Shown: positions 1-11,796 of the stretch, piece after piece
Position numbering within the stretch: the first letter of the stretch is position 1
Layout of the letters: each line of letters opens with the position of its first letter
DNA from: Eledone cirrhosa
Taxonomy: Eukaryota
Length of the DNA: 64,000 nt
Direction: 5' to 3'
Assembly: GCA_964016885.1 (NCBI GenBank)
Contig: OZ024747.1
Location: 74,586,001 to 74,650,000 of the forward strand
The notes under the pieces: generated by a model
Database searches by the model: none
What the model was told of the DNA's origin: nothing
What the model saw: only the letters and a program-made list of their open reading frames with translations
Translations under genes and position numbers: made by a program

Positions 1-1483
1 TCAGAAATTTTCGGACACTGGACGAGTGCGTGCAGGACGGTTTCGTCGCCAAGAGGCCTCCGAACAAGTCTGGCATCTGTACGTAAAGTTCATAGGGCAG
101 ACCATCCAAACCAGGCGATTTACCCCTTGTGCAGCCAGTCATTGCCTCCCTTACTTCAGCGGCTGTTATCGGCTTTTCGCAACACCTCGCCTCAGTGGCC
201 GAGAGCCACGGCAGTCCGTCGAGGTAGACACTAAAGTCCATCCCTCGACCCGGCCCACCGCTTCCCCCGAACAGCTGAGCGAAGTGTCGCTGAAAAGCTT
301 CACACATTTGCCCGGGATCGAGTAGCATGCGCCCGTCGTGGTCCACCAAAGACCGGATCGTGGCTTTGTTGCCACGACGCGCCTCCGCCACTCGGGCCCA
401 TTGAACAGCTTTCGTCCCCTCGTGTCTGAGAGCACGCACCCTTGCTCTGACAACGCAGCCTTCGTGCTTTGCATTGAAGAATTGGTCAAGGGCCAATTTC
501 GCCGCAAGCACGTCGGTCGCAATGCCTTTGCTAAGTGCCTCGTCTAATTTTCTAACTAGTTCTCCCTCTGCTCTATTTTTCTCTATTGCTAAAGCCTTAC
601 TAAACCTAATGGATTCTATTCTAATTGCTCTTTTCAGAGCAAACCACCACTTGTTGACGATGGCCTCCGTCAACGCCCGCTTAACTACTTCGCTAATCCG
701 GTCTCTGTAGGCCTTGCGCGCTGGTAAGGACACGTTTAGCTTCCAGTAGCCGGGTCCTCGTCTATGAAGCCTATCTAAGTCAAGCACACAGATCACGAAT
801 TTGTGGTCCGTGTAGCTGACTATCTTGAATTGTGGACAGCCTATGCTAGACCTATCTATTTCCCTACAAAATACTCTATCTAGATATGATCTGGATGACC
901 CTATGCGATTTGTCCAAGTCCACATTGGCACATTCGGGAAATCCAATCGGTACCTGTCAGACAGTTCAAAACGCCTGAGCAGGTTGGTGAGGCTCTTGCA
1001 CCCTCCACCCCTATCCGCTAATCCCACACAGTCCCAGCGTGCATCTAAGATCCCGTTCCAGTCGCCCACTAACACTAAAGAGCGGGACGTTCCAAGAAAG
1101 GTCTCCAAACGCCGGAAGAAATCAGGCCGCCCTGCTCCTGTCAGGGCATAGACGGCCACTAGCCTGAAAGCTTGCCCGTCTCCGCTGGTCACGTCCAGCA
1201 CCACCAACTTACCCTCTGGGTCCAGGAAGATGGCCCGTATGGCGAGATCCAAACCTCTCCGAAAAAGCACAGCAACTCCTCCCCCCGATCCAGGACGGCT
1301 GGGAGATGCGTACACATCTAAGCCGCCGAAGATCGGTGCGAAGGCCCGTGCTTCGGAAATTCTGGTCTCGCTGATGGCCACTACATCTATGTTTAGTGAC
1401 CTGAGGTCGTTGAGCAGGTGACCCTGCTTCCATGACGACCCCAAGCCACGCGCATTTATGCTGCCTATTCTGAGTGAGGTCAT
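1..1483 (-). CDS. ORF2 of the Tx1/L1 element: APE endonuclease, linker and start of RT. Open to the window edge, so absent from the ORF track.
   Basis: Manual translation from the ATG at 1483: MTSLRIGSINARGLG..DVVAISETR..LVAVYA..LVGDWN..SYLDRVF..TDHKFV..GPGYWKLN..GKSPGLDGLPYELYVQMPDLFGGLLA. No stop seen in this frame. Confidence 0.92.
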   Translation of the reverse strand, partial: MTSLRIGSINARGLGSSWKQGHLLNDLRSLNIDVVAISETRISEARAFAPIFGGLDVYASPSRPGSGGGVAVLFRRGLDLAIRAIFLDPEGKLVVLDVTSGDGQAFRLVAVYALTGAGRPDFFRRLETFLGTSRSLVLVGDWNGILDARWDCVGLADRGGGCKSLTNLLRRFELSDRYRLDFPNVPMWTWTNRIGSSRSYLDRVFCREIDRSSIGCPQFKIVSYTDHKFVICVLDLDRLHRRGPGYWKLNVSLPARKAYRDRISEVVKRALTEAIVNKWWFALKRAIRIESIRFSKALAIEKNRAEGELVRKLDEALSKGIATDVLAAKLALDQFFNAKHEGCVVRARVRALRHEGTKAVQWARVAEARRGNKATIRSLVDHDGRMLLDPGQMCEAFQRHFAQLFGGSGGPGRGMDFSVYLDGLPWLSATEARCCEKPITAAEVREAMTGCTRGKSPGLDGLPYELYVQMPDLFGGLLATKPSCTHSSSVRKFL

Positions 1484-1518
1484 GTTTAAAATAGAGTGGA
1501 AAAGATGGGAAAGACCAC

Positions 1519-3641
1519 TTACCGTACTTTTCGTAGAGGAGGGATGGTTTTTACATCCCTTTTCACTTGATCGTCTGGTGAAGGGACCGTTGAATCGTCC
1601 CTTCGGCTGGTCATCGGCTCTTCTATGAGTATGTCCGAATATACTCTTCGGTTGATAGTTCCTCCTAGGTCTCTGAAATCACCAACTGCGTTGGGGAATT
1701 TCGTTTTAATGTTTGTGTATTGTTTCTGTGCTATTTTTAGCAGTCTTATGTTAGTTGGCGTTTTGATTGGTGCTGGTATTATGTAGTCGTGTTGTGAAAT
1801 GCATGTGTGTTCAATTATGTAAATCATTAGTTTCTTGTTGTGTGTATTTATTGCCGTGCATTTGTTTTTCTGGGGGTGGGGTGTGGTTTTGCTATTTTCT
1901 TGTCGTTTTTGCTGGGTGTGTGTGTTTTGTTGTTGTGTTTGCGATGTTGGTGCTTGTGGTGGTGGTGTTGAAGGTGTTGTTGTTGTTGGCGGTGGGGGTT
2001 GTCGCCGGTGGTGATGGTGGTGCTAGTGTGGGTGGTGATGGTGTTGGTGGTGTTGCTGCTGTGAGTCTCTTTGCAGTAGACTTTACCCTTTTTTCATTTC
2101 TTTCCTCCCTTTTCAAAGGCGACGATGCGCTGCTTCTGCGTTTGTGCCTTCTTACGACTTTTTGCCATCCCTCTCCCACCTCACACTCCATGTCTGATTC
2201 TGTGAGGTCGGGGAGGGGTCCCAGCTCCACTCATTCACTTGTTGTTGTTGGTGATGTTTGCACTGGAGTCTCTGTTGCAGCTGCATTTGGTATTGCTGTT
2301 GTTGTTGTTGTTGTTAATACTTCCACTGCTGCTGCTGTTTTTGATTTCCGTGGCGTGGGTATGGGTGCCACGGACCTATCGTTCCTGGTTGCCGCTTGTC
2401 CTGTTGCTGGTAGCCGTGGAGCCGGTTTCGGAAGGAGGGGGGTTTTCTCCTTTCTCAGGGTCTTCTCGTTGCAGAAGGCCCTGAGGTGAGTCTTCGATCC
2501 ACAGCGAAAGCATTTCGGGCGCTTGCCCTCAACACTTATGGGCAGTTGAGTGCCGTTATCGAAGTCTATCACATCCGGGATAGCTTCGATGCATTCCTGG
2601 TTGGTTTGGATTAACATCTCAATGGAGGTGCCGACCCAATCTTCTCTTACTTTTTTCTGTACTTGCAGTACAGTTGTTTTGTCCTCGATTCCGACGAGGA
2701 CAGACGCGGCCAGCCAAGAAGGGGCCATCCCGGGGGGGGGGGGCGTGGGTCTGTTTGACCCTTACAATTTTTTGCCCGCACTAGGAGGGCACCAACACCA
2801 TTTCCTCGCTCCTTAGGGTCACTACGGATTGAGCCTTTGCCTCCTGGGGTGTGGCAAAAAGTACGTCTACGGTGGCATATTTTTTGCCTCGGGTGATGTG
2901 TGTTTTCCGCTGCCACACAGACCCCAAGGCTTTTTGTATTTGAGCCTCTGTGGCTCTTTCCACCCTACGGGATTTTGTACTTACTGTACGGTACGTGACC
3001 GTACAGTGCTGTTGGGTTTCGAAAAAATTTTCCGCTGCCTTGCAGATTGCTCGGTGTCCCGTTTTTGTCACCATCTTCTTCGCTTCCTCTAATTCCTCAT
3101 TTGTTATGAGGATTGTTTCCAGGTTCTTCGCGATACCTGCAAACGAGATTGGTTTTTCTTTGCTGCTGTTGTTGTTGTTGTTGTCGTCAGAGCTGCTGTT
3201 ACTTTTGTTGTTGCTGCAGGTACTACGACTACTGCCGCCGCCGCTGTTGCTGTGGTTGTTGTTGTTGTTGCTGCTGCTAATGCTGTTGTTGTTTATGCTG
3301 CTGGTGATGCTGTTGCGGCTGCTACTGTTGTTTTCATTGTCACTGTTGCTGTTGTTATTACGGCTGCTACTGCTATTATTCCTGACGTCAGACGAATGAA
3401 GTGGGTTTTCGTATTTCCCGCACACCTGTTTCGTCGTTGTCGTCGTCGTCGTGGAGAAATCTTGCACGCTTTGCACGAGACTTTTCTTTTCTGTCGTCGC
3501 TTGCGAAAGAGAAGGGAGGGAGAGAGACACATTTAAAGAAGGGAGGGAGAGAGACAATCTTCTCTCTGCTGTAGTGACGATTGAGGAAGAAGAAGACGGA
3601 ATGAGTGGGAGTGACCTATGAAAATTCTTTTTCGTAGCCAT
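1519..3641 (-). pseudogene. Disrupted ORF1 (gag-like, zinc knuckle) of the Tx1/L1 element
   Basis: Consecutive ORF pieces 2781-3641, 2231-2728, 1892-2230 and 1519-1827. CX2CX4HX4C knuckle CFRCGSKTHLRAFC at 2471-2512. In-frame stops at 2781 and 2231, and a frameshift in the poly-G run near 2732-2744. Confidence 0.85.
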
Positions 3642-3858
3642 GTTGTTTTTTTTTGTTTAAAATAAATATTTGTCACAAAACCCCAATAAGCAGTTATTTA
3701 ACCCCGAAGGGTCAAATAACGGGCAGAAAGACCCCTCTCACGAGGAGGAGGGTGTTTTTGTCTACAAGTTGGTAAAAGTTTTAAACAATTTACAATTGTT
3801 ATAGCGTTCAAAATTTACAATACCTTACAGAGCCGAGCCTCCGTCAACCATAGCATTC

Positions 3859-4005
3859 AATAATAATAATAATAATAATAACGATTTCTGATTTGGGCTC
3901 AAGGCCAACCATTTTGAGGGAGAGAAAAGTCGATTAAACCGACCCCAGTGCATTACTGGTACTTTATTTTATCGACCCCGTAAGGATGAAAAGCAAAGCT
4001 AACCT
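3859..4005 (-). mobile_element. SINE family A, 3' half with (ATT)n tail
   Basis: Reverse complement of the core ctttcatccttacggggtcgataaaataaagtaccag plus tail. Confidence 0.85.
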
Positions 4006-5075
4006 TATTCTTTTTGTTTTTCTCAAATCAACGTGTTCATTAATTCTAAATCTATATTACTTGGGTGCGAGCGATGCTATGATTGTAGCCAAATACAACT
4101 GTAGTGCAATCCACTAAGATTTGACAATGTTGTACTATTTCTCATGAAATTGAATAGATGACTCTACGTCATCAACACAGGAAGGATATAAGTCAAAGTT
4201 GAACTTGGAGGGATTGAAAATAAGTAAAAAGGAGTGACTAAATACTACAAGGTATCTTATACGAATGCTCCACTTGCTCTACCATTCCGTCGCGATGGCT
4301 AATTGATGCTTTACTGAGATACAAAACAAACATATTCCCAGATTTTCATTATATCAGTAAATTAGGTCTTGAATAGAAATAGTTGTTTACGCAATATTTT
4401 TGCAGCTTCTTTAGATCGCTGGGAATGGCGTTTCTTGTACTTGAATTAAATATTAGAATTCTTGTTGCTGCTGTTGTTGTTGTAGTGATGGAAGCTGGGA
4501 GTAGGTGAGTGGTGGGTTTTATTGTAATTCTCACTTCAAATATGTACGCTGTAAACCGAGATGGAGCTAAAGAAATTAAACTAGGTCAAAAGAGGACATA
4601 TTTCTTTTCTCATAAAAACAGGCGTTCGCATACGCACACAAACTCTTACACACACACATACGCACACAGAAACCCTTACACATGCACACACAAACTCTTA
4701 CACACACACACACATACGCACACAGAAACCCTTACACATACACACACAGACTCTTACACATACACACGCACACATACGCGCGCTCACAAACACACACATG
4801 CACACAAACACACTTAAACACACACAAACTCATATATAACTAACACAGTGATTATATGTGAATGTACTGTACAATTGTTCGCCTATATACAACTGTGTAC
4901 TAGCAGATATATGTAAGTACAAGTTTATGTGTGTGTTAGAGATGTTATTGGTGTTATATATTGTAAATAAACAATGTATGTTGAAAGTTAGGAAATGTGT
5001 GAAGATATGTCTTGTACACACACACACACACACATACACACACAAATATATATATATATATATATATAAAATATA

Positions 5076-5111
<36 letters not shown>

Positions 5112-5260
5112 TGTATACACATATATATATATATGTATATAATATATATACATATGTATGTATATATATATGTATATATATATATAATAGATATATGTAT
5201 ATATAATATATATGTATATATGTATATATATAATATATATATATATGTGTATATATATAT

Positions 5261-5440
5261 ATAATTGTTTCTACTTTTGGCACAAGGCCAGCAATTACAC
5301 AGTGTATTACTGGTACTTTATTTTATCGTAAGGATGAAAGGCAAAGTTAACCTCGGCGGGATTTGAACTCAGATGGTAAAGGGCCGTGACTCTATGCTGC
5401 AAACCATGGCGTCCGACCCTCTACCGATACTGCCAATCCG
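5261..5440 (-). mobile_element. SINE family A (tRNA-type head, B-box GAGTTCAAATCC)
   Basis: Near full-length match to the copies at 40745-40930 and 42760-42950. Confidence 0.9.
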
Positions 5441-5504
5441 ATGTATATATATGTTATATATATTATACATACACACATATGCACATGCATATTCATATAT
5501 ATAT

Positions 5505-5570
5505 ATATATATTTATCCTTATCGAGCCCTCTTTGGATTTTAGTCTTCAAATTTATTATTATTACTATAT
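5505..5570 (+). repeat. Solo terminal fragment of the 38690-39510 element
   Basis: tatttatccttatcgagccctctttggattttagtcttcaaatttattattattac matches 39449-39505 and the reverse complement of 38693-38750. Confidence 0.9.
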
Positions 5571-5586
5571 ATATATATATTATTAC

Positions 5587-5735
<149 letters not shown>

Positions 5736-5884
5736 TATATGTGAGATGTGAGAAAAACCACAGACCCTGCATCTCAACTCTACTTTTGAAAAGCAGAAGA
5801 ACTGCGAAACCGGTAAAAGAACCAAATAAATATATATTTTTTTTTAAAATAAGACTCGAATTGCATTTTTGATTTCATCTTTCT

Positions 5885-5966
<82 letters not shown>

Positions 5967-6171
5967 TGTCCCCCAAGAGGGAAGGGAGGAAAGGGCTTCA
6001 TTCTTCAAGAAAGACATGATGGAATTAATAAATTAAATAATGTGTTGAGTTTAAACGTGACATCTTTGCCAGTTGAATAAAGTTTGATTTCAGCCTCTGA
6101 TAGCCTATACGTACTTGTATTAATACGCATCTAATTTATATATCTGTCATCCTATCTCATGTATAGTGAAA

Positions 6172-6486
6172 GTGTATGGCTTAGTGACTAGAAGGTTCGA
6201 CTTACGATCGTAAGTTTGTGAGTTGGTTTCCCGGCGCTAAATTGTGCCCTTGAGCAAGACATTTTATTTAACGTTACTCCAGATTTCACAGCTTCCAAAA
6301 AATGAGTTTTATCTGTAATTCAACGGACCAACTTTGTCATACACTCAGTTACGCTGAATTTCCGTTAACTGCTATAAAAATGGACGTGCCTGTAGAATAC
6401 TCAGCCACTTTCAATGCAATTTCGCGAACAGGCTGTACCGTTGGTCACGCAACTGAAAAACTTGTCACCGGTTTCGACGAAGGTCC
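6172..6486 (+). mobile_element. SINE family B (~300 bp, tRNA-like head, ccttgagcaagaca core)
   Basis: Collinear similarity with 11795-12083 and 31545-32090. Confidence 0.8.
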
Positions 6487-6629
6487 AACACTGAACATTT
6501 ATGTGTAACCTATGAATTCGAAATTTGCAATTACGTGGTTTCATATTCGATCCTACTTTGTACAAATGTTATCTATTGTACCCGTGATTACGTAAATATG
6601 TGCGAGAGACAATGAATTTATATTTAAAA

Positions 6630-7135
6630 TAGTCAAATTGTGTTTCTTCCTACTCTCTCGGTTCTGAGTTTAGATCCCACTGAGGTTACCAACACCTTTT
6701 ATCCAACAAGCATCTTGTCCGACGCTCTACTGATCCTGCCAATCCATCATCTTTAATCGTTTCTGATTTAGGCACAAGTAATTCTGGAGTTGGGAGAAGG
6801 TCGATTATATCAATCGCAATAATAAAATCTTACTTTATTTTATCGACCCAAGAAGGATGAAAGTTAAAATTGACTTCAGCAGAAGTATCAAATCGTAATT
6901 AAACAGCACAACGTATTTAGATGGGCGCTCTACCTATACTACCGATCCACTCCCATTAAAACATAATAATGCTTTCTGATTTAGGTACAAGGCCAACAAT
7001 TCTGGGGGGAAGGGAAAGTTGATTAAATCGACCCCAGTGAGCTACTGGTACTCTATTTTATCGACCCCGTAAAGATAAAAGGCAAAGTTAACCTCGGTGG
7101 GATTCGAACTCAAAAGTAAAGGGACGTAACTATAT
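6630..7135. mobile_element. Cluster of 3-4 diverged SINE family A copies
   Basis: Repeated tttatcgacccc..ggatgaaag and aacctcggtgggattcgaactc motifs. Confidence 0.8.
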
Positions 7136-7445
7136 GCCCCTAAACAATAATGTGACTCAATATCTCGATTTGAGATTGCGAAGTTCGTTTGACATTTAAA
7201 ACAAGTTTCATTAATTGATTCTTTTTCATTTGATAATATTTGTTTCTTAGTTACATAACAAGAAGCTGGAAGTTCTCACTCACAGTGGATGTATTTCACT
7301 CAAAAACAATTATGTATATAATATGATACAATTACAAATAGAAAATTCAACTTCTAACAAGAAACCCCAGAGTGTCCGTCTTTTAAAATCACATGTTACA
7401 CTTATCACGTTAAGCTGCTGAAAAATACGAATAACAAACATGCGT

Positions 7446-7559
7446 CCTTGAGTTTTGTCAAGATTGGAATTACATAACCACACGGACCATGTGTATGGAA
7501 GACCTTGAGTTTTGCCAAGACTGAAATTACATACCCACTCGGACTATGAGTATGGAAGA
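7446..7559. repeat. 57-bp tandem duplication (2 copies, ~88% identical)
   Basis: ccttgagttttg...gtatggaaga at 7446-7502 and 7503-7559. Confidence 0.9.
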
Positions 7560-7780
7560 CCTAAATTCCAGTTTCAAACATCTGTAAAATAATAATGTTT
7601 GGTTTATAAAATAAGAAAACAGTTTTCTATTAGAAATGGTTTCTTATTTTGTGAGAAACAACGAGATTTATGGAGGAGATGAAATTACAATTGAGAATGT
7701 TTATTCCACTCCCAAGAACGATTTTATTAATCGTTCCTATTACTGATATAATTTAATATTCTAATGACGTATATATATAT

Positions 7781-7948
7781 ATAACAAAGAGGGTGTGGTA
7801 AGATACCAGGTGGACCAACGCACCAGAGTACTCAATACTTAGGGTAGTAGAGTGGGTAATAGGAAAACAGTCAAGACCTCGACGGCTAGCAGTTCGGACC
7901 TAGCTGTCGAAACGGCCGGAGCTCAGCCCTTGGGGTCCTGACTCTTTT

Positions 7949-7950
<2 letters not shown>
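7781..7950 (+). mobile_element. Short (TA)n-flanked repeat, related copy at 12100-12240; probable PLE terminal fragment
   Basis: Shared agagtactcRatacttRgggtagtagagtg and ggacctagctRtYgaaacggc. A hairpin gacggctag/ctagctgtc followed by GAAA and the palindrome CGGCCG resembles the 3' half of a hammerhead. Confidence 0.6.
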
Positions 7951-8037
<87 letters not shown>

Positions 8038-8239
8038 TGTTATACTTGGGGAGGGTCATATTTGTGTAATATTGCCAGAATTAATAACAGAACACACTCA
8101 CTGTTTGGTTGGTTTTCGCTTTTCGCTTCTGTGTCTTTTATATTGGTAATCTAATATACTCGGTCCTCAATGTTGCCATTGACTGACCGACGGTCAAAAA
8201 TAATACAGATACAATATAGACACAAACACACATATATAT

Positions 8240-9618
8240 AGTTTATCAAAGTTCTTTCGTTGCACATCTGCAACATCGTCAGTGGTGCTATTGTTTCCTC
8301 CCGTTACATTGTATTTTCGACGCCATCTTTATTTAGTCTGTTTATATATTTATTTATTTGTTTATTTTATTTTGTCTTCTTTGCGCATGCATTTGCGTGT
8401 GTGTATAGTGTTTTGTTTGATGCGTGTTCGTGATTGGGTGACTGTGTATTGGTTAATGTATTCTATCTTTACTAGTGTGTGTTTATATGTGTTTGTTGTT
8501 ATTGTGCTTGTGTATGTATTTATTTATTTATCTATTTATTTATTTATACTTCTCTTAGGTCAGTGTTGTTTGTTTGGGTGTTGTTGTTATTCCATTCATT
8601 CTTTCTGTTTAGCCTTGGCCTTTTAAGTTCTATTTCACTGGCCTCTCTGATTTGCCTATCTGTTGGGTCATTTCTATGTTTAGATATTATTCTAATTTCT
8701 ATGTTGTCTATGTTACCGTCGTGTTGTTGTCTGGTATGTTCGTATAGTACTGGCCCGTTTTTTCGTCCTTTTAATTCCCCCAGTGTTGGTCTATCCTTTC
8801 ACCTATGCTACGAGCTGTCTCGCCTATGTATGTTGTTGTCATGTTTCTGCAAGTACCCTCTGTACATCTTATGCTATAGACTACGTTTCTAGTTTTACAG
8901 TTTATCTGGGGGTTTACCTTACATATGATACATTTCCTATTAGTACAGTGGGTTTTCTTAAAAGGGTAGGTTTTGCTGATCAGGGATTTTATGGTGGTTC
9001 CTGGCTTTTCTACCACCTTAATCTTTAAGTGGGTCTTTCTCAGGGCCTTTCTACACTGGTTAGCTAATTTCCCTCCAGGGGTAGCGTCCACAAACATGAC
9101 ACTCTGGTATCTCTGGTTGTCGTACCATGAGGTGGCTTTCCCTATCTTATGTCTAGCCCTATCTAAGCTATTCCATGATTTGCTCCTGTATAATGGGCAA
9201 ATTCCTTTCATGTCCAGTTCTATGAGGGTCTTATACTTCTCCATGGCTCCTTCGTATACTCTGACTCGGTCTCTTTGGTTGTAGCCAGAGAACTGCATGC
9301 GGTTGATGAAGTGTTGAATGTGTCTTTCCATTTCTGTTGGGTCGCACATGCGGGACACATTCTTCATCACTCGTACCAAATCTGCGATCAGAATATTAAA
9401 CTTAGCACGACTGGACATTGCTGAGTTTTTTAGTAACAGGTATTTGGAGGCCATGGGTTTAGCATAGTGTGAGTGGAGAATTTGGGCTCTCTCGTCTATA
9501 GTGATAATCCAGAGTTCCGTGTCTAATACAGGTAGTCTATTGTTAGGATGTTTGGAAGGGTAGTCGATAGTTACAGTTATACTCTGGTGTATGGAATTAG
9601 CTATCTGCTGGATGCTTT

Positions 9619-9622
<4 letters not shown>
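8240..9622 (-). mobile_element. 5'-truncated Penelope-like element (RT C-terminus, Cys-rich linker, GIY-YIG) with a hammerhead-like motif in its 3' end
   Basis: ORF 8771-9622: TIDYPSKHPNNRLPVLD, HYAKP, CTNRKCIIC..C, NVVYSIRC..YIGETARSIGERIDQH. CTGACGA-gttgca/tgcaac-GAAA at 8255-8282 (minus). Both ends abut (TA)n. Confidence 0.92.
8544..9622 (-). pseudogene. PLE RT thumb/GIY-YIG coding remnant with one frameshift
   Basis: After a 1-nt shift in the C-run at 8777-8781 the frame continues ELKGRKNGPVLYEHTRQQH..RQIREASEIELKRPRLNRKNEW.. to a TAA at 8544-8546, completing the GIY-YIG domain. Confidence 0.88.
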
Positions 9623-9664
<42 letters not shown>

Positions 9665-9667
<3 letters not shown>

Positions 9668-9870
9668 TGTGTCTGTTGTCTGTACAAAAATTTAAACAGA
9701 AATGACAAAGCAAACGACACAGTACAGTGAGGAAATATATTAGTTTAATGCTTAGTTTAATGCTTAGTATGAAAAGAGTTTTATCATTTCGGACATTTGT
9801 CCTTCATCAGACTATAGAATGATAAATAAAAGATGCAGTAGAAAGATAGAGTGTGAATAGAATCTTTTGT
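9665..9870 (-). mobile_element. (TA)n-flanked repeat with decayed hammerhead (CTGATGA-aggacaaatgtcc-GAAA, 9787-9810); related copy ~59560-59745
   Basis: tttcggaca..gtccttcRtc..atagaatgaWaaataaaagat shared between both loci. Confidence 0.7.
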
Positions 9871-9964
9871 TTTTCTTTTGTAGAAAAAACACATGTCTAT
9901 TCCATAGGCCATTTCGTATCTATATATACACTATATATATTACACTATATATATATATATATAC

Positions 9965-10002
<38 letters not shown>

Positions 10003-10288
10003 GTATACAACATATTGAGCTTTGAAACCTTATGTAGCGCTTTTGTTCTGTGTATGAGCATAAATGCATAATCTAATATATATATATATATATAGATAGA
10101 TAATTTAATATATCAACTAACATAAGCGCACAGATGCACGTCCATGCCAGCAAATACACAGGTTATGTCATAGTACCTAGGTGGTTCAATGCAGGAGGAT
10201 GCAGAACAATAATATAAAAGACGTAAAATAAGAAAATATTTTTTTTTTTAATTTTTAAAAAATTTTTTACTTACTTACTTAAATTTTC

Positions 10289-10370
10289 ACTCCAACTAAT
10301 TAGTTTCTGCAATGGGATAAAGACAGTTACGTAATCCAACTGTCGAGAATTCATTGCGTCATCAGGGAGT
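10289..10370 (-). ncRNA. Type I hammerhead ribozyme
   Basis: Stem I ACUCC/GGAGU; CUGAUGA; stem II GCAAUG/CAUUGC plus apical GACAGUU/AACUGUC; GAAA; stem III palindrome ACUAAUUAGU; GUU site. Confidence 0.85.
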
Positions 10371-10868
10371 CTATTCTCAGCTGAGTCTCCAGGCAATGCG
10401 CGGACACTGGCGGCTCATATAAAAATAATAATAATTCGGTAGATAGAACAGCTGGCGAGGACTGGATATAAAAGACGTAAAATAAGAAAATATTTTTTAA
10501 AAAAATTTTTTTTTAATTTTTTACTTACTTACTTAATTTAGTTGATATATTAAATTATCTTATTTTAGTTGATATATTAAATTATCTATATTTATCTCCA
10601 AATCACTGATTTGTCGAGCAAACCTGCCAAAACCACTTCTAAATTTTTTGGGGTGTTAGTAGGCGTCAGTCATCTTACCATCCCATTCCTTCTAACTAGC
10701 CTCTGTGTCACGTGATTGATTCTTTAGAATCGGCCATTTGACTAGAAGCAGTGAGAATTTCAGTACATAGAATCCAGTCCTCGCCAGCTGTTCTATCTAC
10801 CGAATTATTATTATTTTTATATGAGCCGCCAGTGTCCGCGCATTGCCTGGAGACTCAGCTGAGAATAG

Positions 10869-10950
10869 ACTCCCTGATGACACAATGAATTCTCGACAGT
10901 TGGATTACGTAACTGTCTTTATCCCATTGCAGAAACTAATTAGTTGGAGT
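10869..10950 (+). ncRNA. Type I hammerhead ribozyme (inverted copy of 10289-10370)
   Basis: ACUCC-CUGAUGA(10874-10880)-extended stem II-GAAA(10932-10935)-CUAAUUAG-UU-GGAGU. Confidence 0.85.
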
Positions 10951-11022
10951 GAAAATTTAAGTAAGTAAGTAAAAAATTTTTTAAAAATTTTTTTAAAAAA
11001 TATTTTCTTACTTTACGTCTTT

Positions 11023-11056
<34 letters not shown>

Positions 11057-11461
11057 CAAGTATTCAACACACACACACACACACACACAGAGAGATACTA
11101 ACTATACTTTCAATGCGTCCCATATCATCAACAGAAGCGAAAATAACAAATTGAAATAAGTAAGTTCGATAACAATACCATTATGAAATCTTTATATTTT
11201 GCTACGTTATTTATTCGAAAATAATGCAAACTACTCTACACGAGGGAAGAAATGTACCGAGGAAGAGCAAAAATATAAACAATTTAAAAGAAAAGGAGGT
11301 AAAAAATGTGACTATTGATGCAAACTTGCATGAGCAGATATCGAAAAAAAATGTTTTCTCTAGTCCCCAGAGTATATTGTAAAAACGAGGTGGTGAGAAG
11401 TGTGTCCCTTATATATATATGTGTGTGTGTGTGTGTGAGTGTGTGTGTATATGTGTATGTA

Positions 11462-11569
<108 letters not shown>

Positions 11570-11698
11570 TGTCTGTCTGCTGTCTGTCTGTCTGCACACA
11601 TAGATAAACATTATATGCGAAAAAAATTCTGGAAAAATGATGAGGGATAATTTTTGTGTTATAAAATATTTTGTGGTCCAATATACATATATATAATA

Positions 11699-11794
<96 letters not shown>

Positions 11795-11796
<2 letters not shown>

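Larger units (their letters stand above)
1..3858 (-). mobile_element. Tx1/L1-clade non-LTR retrotransposon; 5' end present, continues past the left window edge
   Basis: 5' UTR ~3642-3858, ORF1 with a CCHC knuckle, and ORF2 with APE endonuclease followed by the L1/Tx1-typical GPGYWKLN linker and a GKSPGLDGLPYELY motif. GC-rich relative to the surroundings. Confidence 0.93.
10090..11027 (+). mobile_element. Non-coding PLE-type module: ~255-bp inverted arms (10212-10467 / 10771-11027), each with a hammerhead
   Basis: Near-identical inverted arms, extra partial copies at 10466-10537 and 10538-10590, and a (TA)n boundary. Confidence 0.88.

Noticed and set aside
2231-2233. In-frame TGA in ORF1 as possible selenocysteine or readthrough
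   Set aside because: The same ORF has a TAG stop and frameshifts, so ordinary decay is simpler; no SECIS identified
1767-3536. Hydrophobic plus-strand ORFs resembling membrane proteins
   Set aside because: Antisense shadows of the Asn/Thr/Ser-rich ORF1
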